DNA of 64,000 nucleotides from an uncultured Bacilli bacterium (GTDB lineage: Bacteria > Bacillota_I > Bacilli_A > RF39 > UBA660), in the NCBI GenBank assembly GCA_934167885.1, contig CAKPMB010000003.1, forward strand, positions 30,890 to 94,889, given 5' to 3'. Position 1 is the first letter of the stretch, and each line of letters opens with the position of its first letter. The position numbers and the translations under genes are program-made. The notes beneath the pieces are model-generated. The model made no database searches, was not told where the DNA came from, and saw only the letters and a list, made by a program, of their open reading frames with translations. Positions 28,645-37,748 of this stretch are shown here, one piece after another.

Positions 28645-28653
28645 GGGGGGGGG
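28645..28653 (+). repeat. Homopolymeric G9 tract, copy 1
   Basis: Nine consecutive G counted directly, 85 nt upstream of ATG 28738. Confidence 0.95.
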
Positions 28654-28697
28654 TTACTTTATTGAGTAATCAACCTAATTTAGATTGTTTATTGAAG

Positions 28698-28725
28698 AGA
28701 ACAAGATTAAGTCTTGTTCTTTTAT
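28698..28725 (+). terminator. Terminator-like leader hairpin just upstream of the RBS, copy 1
   Basis: AGAACAAGA-ttaag-TCTTGTTCT (9 bp) followed by TTTAT, then GGAG RBS and ATG 28738; same element at 31463-31490 and 51631-51658. Confidence 0.4.
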
Positions 28726-28737
28726 GTGGAGTGAAAG

Positions 28738-31293
28738 ATGAAGACTAGGAAGAGTATATTAATGATATTAGGCCTAGTTTTATTGTTAGGCGGGAGTTAT
28801 GCTTTTTATACTTATCAAAAGTATAGTGATATGCAGAATCTTTTAAATGGTGAGATTTATCTAAATTATTTAGAAGATAATGAAGTGCATATAAGTGGCA
28901 TATTTCCAGAGACCAAAGAAGAAGCATTAAAAAGAAATGATAACACAATAAGCTTTAAAGTATTAAGCAAGAATACTAGTGATAAAGATATTTATTATGG
29001 TATTACTTTAAATTATGGCGAAGAGATAAGTAATAAGATTAGAATAGATGCTAAATACATCATGATATATCTAGAATGTGATGGTAAAGTCCTAATAGAT
29101 GGTATAAGATATAGTGACTTTAATAATCGAAGAATCTATGTAGACAAGATAGATGCCAAAACATATACTGAAACTACTAAAAATTACACTCTAAGATTCT
29201 GGGTAGATGAAGAAACCACAATAAGTGATACTGATAGTAATGCTAGTTATAAAGCCACCGAGTGGGCGAATAGTTACTTAAATTTTAAAGTGAATGTAGA
29301 CGCTGGTTTAGAAACGATGAACATGCCTTTATCAATGGAAACCAGTGATACTTATGTAGAAAATAATAAAGCTTATTTTATTGCCAAGATAAGCAACTTT
29401 ATAAATGTAGAAGATCTTGGTAAAGATAGTAACGATACGATGAATTTAAAAGTAACAGGCACTAATAGTGATATTAAGTTTAGTTATAAAGATAGTGAAG
29501 GAAATACCGTTGAAGAAAAGAGTGCTACTCTAGATTTAACCTATCTATTCACTAAAAATAAAACAGTTGAAATCCAAGTCTTTGTTCATCCAAACAACGA
29601 TGCAAATGGTAAAACCAATGTTCTTTTAGAAATATACAAAAATAAAGAATTAATGCAAAGTTTTATTAAAAGAGTAGAAGTTAAAGGCAATAACTATTGT
29701 TTAAATAATGGCTTTAATAAATTAGTTGATTGTATGTTAGTAAGTGATAGTTTAAGTGAATCTGTTGATGTTGCTAAAACCAATATTGTCAACAAAGGCG
29801 AACCAAACCTAAATGATACCGCTCCAACATATACCTATGTTGAACAATTAACTGAAGATGTATCAAATCCATATAGTTATAATAGTATTAAATTTGCCTT
29901 TTCTAAGACGTATGAATTTGATGAAACTACTGGAGGTTTTAAATTAAGTGGCGATGTAATTGTGGATTATTTAAGCGATAAGTATATTGAATATTATACC
30001 GGTGGTGCTTATTGGTCTAATTCTTTTGATAAAATATTTTTCGTTAAAGGTGTAGATGTTCAAGAAACATCTCAAAAAATAACTAAAGCCGATGTCATAA
30101 CATATAAGATTGCAAGTTCTATTAGGTCAGAGGTTGGACTTTACAAGACTGTTGATAATTATGGAGATGTCTATTACTATCGAGGGGATGTCCAAAATAA
30201 TAATGTTTATTTTGGCGGATTCTACTGGAAAGTAATAAGAACCAATGGAGATGGAAGTATTCGCTTAATATATAATGGAAAAAATCAAAATGAAAATTAT
30301 ATATCTATAAATAATAAAAAATATTTATATAGCAACGGACATTCTGATCCAACATATGTTGGTTATATGTATGGTGAAAATTTTAAGTTACAAACTAGTC
30401 CTGTAATTAATTATTCATATTTTTATGCGGTTGATACATATACATTTGCGGATAGTTATATATTTGACGAAGACAAAAAAATGTTTGTTTTAAGTGGTAA
30501 CACTATTTCTGGGACTTTTTCGGCAATTAAAGATGAAGTGTCAAATTATCCTTATTCTTGCTTTAGACAGAAACTTTCTAACCAAAATGAATGTCAAATA
30601 TTACTTAAAATAAATTCATATATAAGTTCTGATAAGGCAAGTGTTCAATTAATATCTTATTCATCACAAAACAGTGCTAATACACGAACTAATGATTATG
30701 ATAGTAATGTCAAGAATGAGATAGATTTATGGTATGAACAGAATATAATATCTAATGAAGATAGTTATAATAATAATTTAACAGATTATATTGTTGATAA
30801 TTCTTTTTGTAATGATAGGTCATTTGCTAGTAGTGTAGAATATAATTCTGGATATCGTGTATTTGAACGAACAAATTATGCACCTCTTTCAAGGATTTCC
30901 ACTAATGTTAATAAGAGTGCTACGTTAAAGTGTAATTGGGATGTAAGAGATATGTTTAGTGTAACAAGCGCATATGGTAATGCTAAACTAAAATACCCCA
31001 TTGCTTTAATAACTGTTGATGAAGTAGCCTTAGCAGGTGGTAAATCGTCGTATAAAAATATTAATTATTATTTAAATAGTAATGATATGTTTATAACAAT
31101 GACACCATCATTTTATTCGGAAGCAAATGTATTATCAAGTATGTTTTATGTGAAAAGAGATGGAGCAATTAATCAGTGGGGTTATGTCGATACGTTATAT
31201 TCTATCATGCCAGTAATCAACATTCGTTCTGATGTTTTAATATCATCTGGCGATGGAACAATGGATAATCCTTACACATTAAAATTAAAATAA
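28738..31293 (+). CDS. Mosaic membrane-anchored surface protein, paralog 1
   Basis: 851 aa; N-terminal anchor ILMILGLVLLLGGSYAFY. Residues 1-369 are nearly identical to paralogs 2 and 3. Conserved island YKIASSIRSEVGLYK..YGDVYYYRGDVQNNNVYFGG.YWK.IRTNGDGSIRLIY. C-terminal PVINIRSDVLISSGDG..NPY.LKL. Confidence 0.85.
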   Translation: MKTRKSILMILGLVLLLGGSYAFYTYQKYSDMQNLLNGEIYLNYLEDNEVHISGIFPETKEEALKRNDNTISFKVLSKNTSDKDIYYGITLNYGEEISNKIRIDAKYIMIYLECDGKVLIDGIRYSDFNNRRIYVDKIDAKTYTETTKNYTLRFWVDEETTISDTDSNASYKATEWANSYLNFKVNVDAGLETMNMPLSMETSDTYVENNKAYFIAKISNFINVEDLGKDSNDTMNLKVTGTNSDIKFSYKDSEGNTVEEKSATLDLTYLFTKNKTVEIQVFVHPNNDANGKTNVLLEIYKNKELMQSFIKRVEVKGNNYCLNNGFNKLVDCMLVSDSLSESVDVAKTNIVNKGEPNLNDTAPTYTYVEQLTEDVSNPYSYNSIKFAFSKTYEFDETTGGFKLSGDVIVDYLSDKYIEYYTGGAYWSNSFDKIFFVKGVDVQETSQKITKADVITYKIASSIRSEVGLYKTVDNYGDVYYYRGDVQNNNVYFGGFYWKVIRTNGDGSIRLIYNGKNQNENYISINNKKYLYSNGHSDPTYVGYMYGENFKLQTSPVINYSYFYAVDTYTFADSYIFDEDKKMFVLSGNTISGTFSAIKDEVSNYPYSCFRQKLSNQNECQILLKINSYISSDKASVQLISYSSQNSANTRTNDYDSNVKNEIDLWYEQNIISNEDSYNNNLTDYIVDNSFCNDRSFASSVEYNSGYRVFERTNYAPLSRISTNVNKSATLKCNWDVRDMFSVTSAYGNAKLKYPIALITVDEVALAGGKSSYKNINYYLNSNDMFITMTPSFYSEANVLSSMFYVKRDGAINQWGYVDTLYSIMPVINIRSDVLISSGDGTMDNPYTLKLK

Positions 31294-31295
31294 AT

Positions 31296-31502
31296 AATAT
31301 TGAATAACATGATAATATTTGATAAAATCATATTAGAAAAAATAAAACAAAGGATATGATGAAAAGTGTTAAATAGTATCAAAGAGAATGTGTCAAAAAG
31401 TGTCAATATGGGGGGGGGTTACTTTATTAAGTAACAAACCTAATTTAGATTGTAAACAATGTAGAACAAGATTAAGTCTTGTTCTTTTATGTGGAGCAAA
31501 AC
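31296..31502 (+). repeat. Conserved leader, copy 2
   Basis: Starts 3 nt after the stop of paralog 1; heptamers at 31366/31376/31390/31400, hairpin 31463-31485. Confidence 0.9.
31410..31418 (+). repeat. Homopolymeric G9 tract, copy 2
   Basis: Nine consecutive G counted directly. Confidence 0.95.
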
Positions 31503-34055
31503 ATGAAGACTAGGAAGAATATATTAATTGTATTAGGCCTAGTCTTATTGTTAGGCGGCAGTTATGCCTTTTATACTTATCAAAAGTATAGTGGTATGCA
31601 AAACCTTTTAAATGGTGAGATTTATCTAAATTATTTAGAAGATAATGAAGTGCATATAAGTGGCATATTTCCAGAGACTAAGGAAGAAGCTTTAAAAAGA
31701 GATGATAACACTATAAGTTTTAAAGTATTAAGCAAGAATACGAGTGACAAAGATATATATTATGGTATTACTTTAAATTATGGTGAAGAGATAAGTAATA
31801 AGGTGAGAATTGATGCTAAATATATTATGATATATCTAGAATGTGATGGTAAAGTATTGATTGATGGTATAAGGTATAGTGACTTTAATAATCGAAGAAT
31901 TTATGTAGATAAAATAGATACCAAAACATATACCGAAACTACTAAGAATTATACATTAAGGTTCTGGGTAGATGAAGAAACCACGATAAGTGATACCGAC
32001 ATTAATGCTAGTTACAAAGCAACTGAATGGGCGAATAGTTATTTAAATTTTAAGGTTAATGTTGACGCTGGTTTAGAAACGATGAACATGCCTTTATCCA
32101 TGGAAACAAGTGATACTTATGTAGAAAATAATAAAGCTTATTTTATTGCCAAGATAAGCAACTTTATAAATATAGAAGACCTTGGTAAGGACAGTAATGA
32201 TACCATGAATTTAAAAGTAAGTGGAACTAATAGTGACATTAAATTTAGTTATAAAGATAGTGAAGGCAATACTGTTGAAGAAAAGAGTGATACGCTAGAT
32301 TTAACCTATCTATTCACCAAGAATAAAACCGTTGAAATTCAAGTGTTTGTTCATCCAAATAATGATGCCAACGGAAAGACTAATGTTTTATTAGAAATAT
32401 ACAAAAACAAGGAACTAATGCAGAGTTTTATTAAAAGAGTAGAAGTAAAAGGTAATAACTATTGTTTAAACAATGGCTTTAATAAATTAGTTGATTGTAT
32501 GTTAGTAAGCGATAGTTTAAGTGAATCTATTGATATTGCTAAAACCAATATTGCCAACAAAGGCGAACCAAATTTAAATGATACGGCTCCAAGTTACACC
32601 TATGTTGAAAAAATAGAAGAAGGATTAAATAATCCATACAGTAGTTCGTTAAATAAGTTTCTTTTTTCAAAGACATATGAATTTGATGCTAAAACCGGTA
32701 AATATGCTTTAACTGGTAATATAATTCGTGATAATTTAAGTGATGACTATATTGGTTATTATACAATCGGAGCATCGAGCATAGATTATTATGAAGCTAA
32801 TACTATGTATAAAATTTCTGAAACTAAAAAAGAAGGCGATAATTACATTATAACGAAAGGTGATAAATATAGTTATAAGATTGCAAGTTCTATTCGTTCA
32901 GAAGTAGGTTTATATAAAAATGCTGATGATTATGGTGATGTTTATTACTATCGAGGTGACGTTCAAAATAATAATGTTTATTTTGGTGGGTATTACTGGA
33001 AGATTATAAGGACGAACGGCGATGGAAGTATTCGTTTGATATATAGTGGCAAGACTAAAAATGCTACTGGTAGTGGTGTATCAATAAATAGTCAAACTTA
33101 TTCATATAATACTAAGTATTTTGATCCAACCTATATGGGCTATATGTATGGTAAGAACTTTGTAGAACAAGAAAGTGAACAAACCCTTAATGTAACCTTT
33201 AATGCCTATACAAAATATCTTATTTCATCATCTTATGTATGGAATAGTGAGACAAATAAGTATGAATTAAGCGGCGATATTGTTAGTTCAACTCTTATTG
33301 ATATAAAAGATAATTTACAAAATTATCATTGGACTTGTAGAAGTGATACACAAAATAGTTGCGAAGTTTTATATAAAATTAATGCTGTTTATAGTGAAAG
33401 TCAAGCTTATGTTCAGTATCTTGCTCATTCTTCGGTTGATTTAGATGGCACTAGGACAAATGAATTCGATAGTGATGTTAAAAAGCAAATAGATTTATGG
33501 TATGCTAACAATATTATTAATGTCAAAGATTCTTTTAATAATTTATTAACAGATTATATTGTTGATAATACCTTTTGTAATGATCGAAGCATAACCGATA
33601 AAACATATAACTCTGGTTATAAATTAGGGAATCATACTTTTTATTCTCCTTATGGGAGAATTTATCAAAATGCTAACAAAACAGCGACATTAAAATGTTC
33701 GAGTGATGTGCGTAATCAGTTTAGCACAACTTCCATATATGGTAATGCTAACTTAACGTATCCTGTTGCTTTGATAACCCTAGATGAAGTAGTTTTAGCT
33801 GGTGGTAAGTATGATGCAAAGAATGAAAACTTTTTTCTTAATCAAAATGTTAATTATTGGACGATGACGCCAATGGTTTTTAGTTCTTATTATTTAAATG
33901 CATCTATCGGCCTTGTTTCGTTTTTGGGAAGTATTTTCAATGGTGCTTCTTTGAATAATAATGTGGTAAGGCCGGTTATTAACATTCGCTCTGACGTTTT
34001 AATATCATCAGGCGATGGGAGTGTTAACAATCCTTACATTTTGAAGATAAACTAG
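31503..34055 (+). CDS. Mosaic membrane-anchored surface protein, paralog 2
   Basis: 850 aa from ATG 31503 (MKTRKNILIV.., same RBS context as paralogs 1 and 3; ORF-track start 31479 is an upstream TTG inside the hairpin). Confidence 0.85.
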   Translation: MKTRKNILIVLGLVLLLGGSYAFYTYQKYSGMQNLLNGEIYLNYLEDNEVHISGIFPETKEEALKRDDNTISFKVLSKNTSDKDIYYGITLNYGEEISNKVRIDAKYIMIYLECDGKVLIDGIRYSDFNNRRIYVDKIDTKTYTETTKNYTLRFWVDEETTISDTDINASYKATEWANSYLNFKVNVDAGLETMNMPLSMETSDTYVENNKAYFIAKISNFINIEDLGKDSNDTMNLKVSGTNSDIKFSYKDSEGNTVEEKSDTLDLTYLFTKNKTVEIQVFVHPNNDANGKTNVLLEIYKNKELMQSFIKRVEVKGNNYCLNNGFNKLVDCMLVSDSLSESIDIAKTNIANKGEPNLNDTAPSYTYVEKIEEGLNNPYSSSLNKFLFSKTYEFDAKTGKYALTGNIIRDNLSDDYIGYYTIGASSIDYYEANTMYKISETKKEGDNYIITKGDKYSYKIASSIRSEVGLYKNADDYGDVYYYRGDVQNNNVYFGGYYWKIIRTNGDGSIRLIYSGKTKNATGSGVSINSQTYSYNTKYFDPTYMGYMYGKNFVEQESEQTLNVTFNAYTKYLISSSYVWNSETNKYELSGDIVSSTLIDIKDNLQNYHWTCRSDTQNSCEVLYKINAVYSESQAYVQYLAHSSVDLDGTRTNEFDSDVKKQIDLWYANNIINVKDSFNNLLTDYIVDNTFCNDRSITDKTYNSGYKLGNHTFYSPYGRIYQNANKTATLKCSSDVRNQFSTTSIYGNANLTYPVALITLDEVVLAGGKYDAKNENFFLNQNVNYWTMTPMVFSSYYLNASIGLVSFLGSIFNGASLNNNVVRPVINIRSDVLISSGDGSVNNPYILKIN

Positions 34056-34126
34056 TATTATGTTTATTTACTTTGCCATTAATTTATGCTATATTTAAGG
34101 CAAATAATAGGTGTAGGGTAGAATTA

Positions 34127-35572
34127 ATGGTGTTTATGAAGTTAAAGAAATTTGGAGTTGTTAGGATTGTTATTATATTAATATGTTGTTTGTTTATTAG
34201 TGGTTGTCAAAAAAATAAGCGTGATGATTTAATTTTAGTAACGGAAGCGGGCTTTGCCCCATATGAGTATTATGAAAATGGTGAAATAGTTGGTATTGAC
34301 ATTGATATTGCACGTGAAATTGCGAAGGAGCTTGGTAAGAATTTAGTAATAAAGGATGTAGCCTTTGATTCAATAATTAATGAGGTTAAAACCTCTAAAA
34401 GTGATTTAGGAGCGGCTGGAATATCTTATACCGAAGAACGTGCCCGTGAAGTTGATTTTACTATTAATTATGCTACTAATAAGCAGGTTGTCATTGTTCG
34501 GCGTGATAGTAATATAACTTCATTTGAGGATATAACAGGAAGTATTTCGGTTCAACTTGGTTCTTTGGCTGATACTTATATTACTAAAAATTATCCTAAT
34601 ATTAGTCTTGTTCGTGAAAAGAAGTTTTTATCCGCTATTGAAAGTTTAAAAAATAATAAAGTATCAGCGGTTGTTATGGATTATTTACCAGCTCAAAGAT
34701 TATTAACAGATGATTTGGTAATTCTTGATAGGGAGCTTGTTGTTGATAACTATGGCATGGTGGTTTCTAAAGGTAATAAGGAATTATTAAATGCTTGCAA
34801 TAAAGTTATTGAAAGATTATTATCAACGGGTGAAATGGATGAAATTATTTTATCACATATGGAATTATCACCTAATAAACATCAAGGCACGTCTTTATTT
34901 GATAAATTTTATAATACGGTTATTTATGATGGAAGATATAAATATATTTTAGAAGGTTTAGAAAAAACTTTAATTATGGCGATTGGAGCTATGATTTTAG
35001 GTGTTGCTTTAGGTATTTTAATGGCTTTAATTCGTGATTTTCATGATAATACTTCTAAACTTCATTTATTAAATCTTTTGGCTAAAGCTTATATTACGAT
35101 AATTAGGGGAACACCTAGTATTTTGCAATTAATGATTATTTATTATGTTATCTTTAAAAATGTTTCGGTAAATATTGTTTTGGTTGGTATTTTAGCTTTT
35201 GGTATTAATAGTGGAGCTTATGTTGCTGAAATCATTCGTGCAGGTTTTAATTCAGTTTTAAAAGGTCAAAAGGAAGCAGGTTATGCTCTTGGACTTAATT
35301 ATTTTCAAATAATGCATTATATTGTCTTTCCACAAGCTATTAAAAATGTTTTACCAGCTTTAGGTAATGAATTTATAACACTGGTTAAAGAAACTTCGGT
35401 TGGGGCTTATATTGGTATTGTTGAATTAACTAAAGCTAGCGATATAATTGCTTCGAGAACTTATGATTATTTTTTTCCACTTATATTAATAGCACTTATT
35501 TATTTAATCATTACGTATACTTTGAGTAGAATTGTATCACTTATGGAAAAGAGGCTATATGTTAGAAGTTAA
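34127..35572 (+). CDS. Polar amino-acid ABC transporter, fused lipoprotein substrate-binding domain and permease
   Basis: Lipobox FISGC. SBP family-3-like N-terminal half (GFAPYEY.., AAGISYTEERA), then a HisM/GlnP-type permease half. Start ambiguous between ATG 34127 and ATG 34136. Confidence 0.8.
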   Translation: MVFMKLKKFGVVRIVIILICCLFISGCQKNKRDDLILVTEAGFAPYEYYENGEIVGIDIDIAREIAKELGKNLVIKDVAFDSIINEVKTSKSDLGAAGISYTEERAREVDFTINYATNKQVVIVRRDSNITSFEDITGSISVQLGSLADTYITKNYPNISLVREKKFLSAIESLKNNKVSAVVMDYLPAQRLLTDDLVILDRELVVDNYGMVVSKGNKELLNACNKVIERLLSTGEMDEIILSHMELSPNKHQGTSLFDKFYNTVIYDGRYKYILEGLEKTLIMAIGAMILGVALGILMALIRDFHDNTSKLHLLNLLAKAYITIIRGTPSILQLMIIYYVIFKNVSVNIVLVGILAFGINSGAYVAEIIRAGFNSVLKGQKEAGYALGLNYFQIMHYIVFPQAIKNVLPALGNEFITLVKETSVGAYIGIVELTKASDIIASRTYDYFFPLILIALIYLIITYTLSRIVSLMEKRLYVRS

Positions 35573-36284
35573 AAATTTACGAAAAAAGTTTGGCTATAAA
35601 GAAGTTTTAAAGGGAATTAACTTAAATGTTTCAAAGGGTGAGGTTATTGGAATAATTGGTCCTAGTGGCTGTGGTAAGTCAACGCTTTTGCGCGCAATTA
35701 ATTATTTAGATCCTCCCACATCTGGCCAGATTATCTTTAATGGGACATTAGTAGATGATCATAAAAACTTATCACGCATTAGACAAAAAATTGGTATGGT
35801 TTTTCAACAATTTAATTTATTTGATAATTTAACGGTTTTAGAAAATATTACTTTAGCTCCCATTAAACTTAAATTAATGGATGAAGATATGGCTATTAGG
35901 CGTGCACGTGAATTATTAAAAAAGATTAATTTAATTGATAAGAAAGATTATTATCCAAGTGAGTTATCAGGTGGTCAAAAACAACGGGTAGCGATTGCCC
36001 GAGCTTTAATTGTTAAACCTCAACTCATGCTTTTTGATGAACCAACATCATCCCTTGATCCTGAAATGATTGGTGATATTCTAGACCTTATGAATGAAAT
36101 AAGAGAAGAGGGAATGACTATGATTGTTGTCTCACATGAAATGAATTTTATTAAAAATTTTGCAACACGTCTTATTTTTATGGATAATGGTAAAATTATT
36201 GAAGAAGGCCCACCTTATGAAATATTTAAAAATCCTAAGGATGAACGGTTAAAAGAATTCTTGTCAAAGGTTAACAATATCTAA
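35559..36284 (+). CDS. Polar amino-acid ABC transporter ATP-binding protein (GlnQ-like)
   Basis: 241 aa from ATG 35559 (MLEVKNLRKKFG); Walker A GPSGCGKST, signature LSGGQKQR, Walker B LMLFDEPTS. Confidence 0.92.
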   Translation: MLEVKNLRKKFGYKEVLKGINLNVSKGEVIGIIGPSGCGKSTLLRAINYLDPPTSGQIIFNGTLVDDHKNLSRIRQKIGMVFQQFNLFDNLTVLENITLAPIKLKLMDEDMAIRRARELLKKINLIDKKDYYPSELSGGQKQRVAIARALIVKPQLMLFDEPTSSLDPEMIGDILDLMNEIREEGMTMIVVSHEMNFIKNFATRLIFMDNGKIIEEGPPYEIFKNPKDERLKEFLSKVNNI

Positions 36285-36341
36285 AAGCATTTCTCTTGCA
36301 CTTAATTTAGAATTTCTATATAATTAAGTTAGGGTGATTGA

Positions 36342-36620
36342 ATGAAAACATTTTTATCAATACTATCAACACTTGTTCTTTTATGGGGTGTTATGATGTT
36401 TTATGATTATAATAAAACATATAAAAACAATACTGATAAGTTTCTTATAACCATCGATATTGAAAATAATGCTGATTATACGAGAACTAAAGGTTTAGGC
36501 TATAGTGTTACTAAGTATTCATACGATAAAAATAATTTACATGATGGCCAAATATTGAAAGATTTTAAAATTTTTGGCTTTGTAGTGAGTAAAGAAGTCG
36601 TTGTGTTGAATGAAGCATGA
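36342..36620 (+). CDS. Small membrane-anchored protein, unknown function
   Basis: 92 aa, one N-terminal helix; GGTGA RBS. Confidence 0.45.
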   Translation: MKTFLSILSTLVLLWGVMMFYDYNKTYKNNTDKFLITIDIENNADYTRTKGLGYSVTKYSYDKNNLHDGQILKDFKIFGFVVSKEVVVLNEA

Positions 36621-36692
36621 CTTTTTTTCATATATTTTAATATTAACAAGTATTATATAAGTATGATAAAATATAAATAATGAGAGGTTTAA

Positions 36693-37748
36693 ATGGGAAA
36701 AAGTATATCAGAGAAGTGTCCTAGTTGTAATGCTACTATTAAATTTGATGCTAAAGAGAATCATTTTAAATGTGAATATTGCGGTAATGTATGGACAATA
36801 GATGACATAAAAGCGGAAAAAGAAAAAAAGAAAAAATTAGAGGTTAAAAGAGAAACACCTAAGACAATGGATGTTAATGTTTATAATTGTGAAAATTGTG
36901 GAGCATCAATTATTTTAGGTGATAATACTGCAAGCACTTCATGTGTTTATTGTAAAAGCACGCAGCTTATTATGGATAGATTGGAAGGCGTTTATGCTCC
37001 TTCTAAGATAATTACTTTTAAATTTGATAAAAATGATGCTATAAATAAGTTTAAAGAGCTATGTAAAGGTCGTAAACTTATGCCTAAGGATTTTGATAAT
37101 ATTGATAATATTCAAGATATGGAAGGCTTATATGTGCCATTTTGGTTATATGACTGTGATAATGATTTAGATGTCACTTGTGAATGCACGAACGTTTCAA
37201 CATGGTCCGATGCTAGGTATATTAATACTAAAACAGATTATTATGAAGTTAAAGGCACAGGAACCCTTGTATATGACAAAGTTCCAAATGATGGTGCAGT
37301 TCGTTTTGATGATAAAATAATGAATGCTATTGAGCCTTTTGACTATAGTGAATTAAAAGACTTTTCAGAAGCATATTTATCTGGATATATAAGTGAAAAA
37401 TTTGATGTTTCGCAAGAGGATGCATATAAAAATGTTCAAGAACGTATTAATAATGCTTCTAAGTCGTATATTTTAAGTAAGGTTACGGGATATAATTCTA
37501 AAATGATAACTAGTTATAATGGTAATTTAACTTTACGTAATAGTAATTATGTTTTATTACCAGTTTGGGTATTAAATATTAAGTATAAAGATAAAATTTA
37601 TCGTTTTTCAATGAATGGTCAAACGGGAAAATATGTTGGCGAAATCCCTGTTGATACTAAAAAGTTATGGTTATTGATTATTATTACTTTTGCTATTTCT
37701 GTTTTAATTATGGTGCTTATATTTTTTGTTAGCGGGGTGATTGCATGA
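36693..37748 (+). CDS. Double zinc-ribbon protein with C-terminal TM anchor
   Basis: 351 aa; CPSC..CEYC and CENC..CVYC ribbons; C-terminal helix LWLLIIITFAISVLIMVLIFF. Confidence 0.55.
   Translation: MGKSISEKCPSCNATIKFDAKENHFKCEYCGNVWTIDDIKAEKEKKKKLEVKRETPKTMDVNVYNCENCGASIILGDNTASTSCVYCKSTQLIMDRLEGVYAPSKIITFKFDKNDAINKFKELCKGRKLMPKDFDNIDNIQDMEGLYVPFWLYDCDNDLDVTCECTNVSTWSDARYINTKTDYYEVKGTGTLVYDKVPNDGAVRFDDKIMNAIEPFDYSELKDFSEAYLSGYISEKFDVSQEDAYKNVQERINNASKSYILSKVTGYNSKMITSYNGNLTLRNSNYVLLPVWVLNIKYKDKIYRFSMNGQTGKYVGEIPVDTKKLWLLIIITFAISVLIMVLIFFVSGVIA

Larger units (their letters stand above)
28531..28737 (+). repeat. Conserved leader, copy 1 (shared by the three mosaic paralogs)
   Basis: Begins at the stop codon of the deacetylase gene (aatattgaataacat...); aligns by eye, near-identical over most of its length, with 31296-31502 and 51480-51670. 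Confidence 0.9.

Noticed and set aside
28645-28748. Idea that a G-tract length change fuses the upstream ORF to the paralog coding frame
   Set aside because: I checked all frames by hand. G8 gives TTA CTT TAT TGA/TAA and G10 gives GGT TAC TTT ATT (G/A)AG TAA. Both stop immediately, so no N-terminal extension is possible.
30181-30189. RGD tripeptide (YYYRGDVQ) conserved in all three paralogs, as a possible integrin-binding motif
   Set aside because: A three-residue motif inside a conserved, probably structural beta-rich island is too likely to occur by chance. There is no supporting context.
31479-31502. ORF-track start (TTG 31479, MFFYVEQN...) for paralog 2
   Set aside because: Paralogs 1 and 3 start at the homologous ATG (MKTRK) behind the same GGAG RBS. 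The TTG lies inside the leader hairpin and has no RBS.
26068-34055. Prophage or integrative island attached to tRNA-Ala
   Set aside because: There is no integrase, recombinase, capsid, tail or holin gene, and I could not see a repeat of the tRNA 3' end. This is kept only as a low-interest boundary observation.
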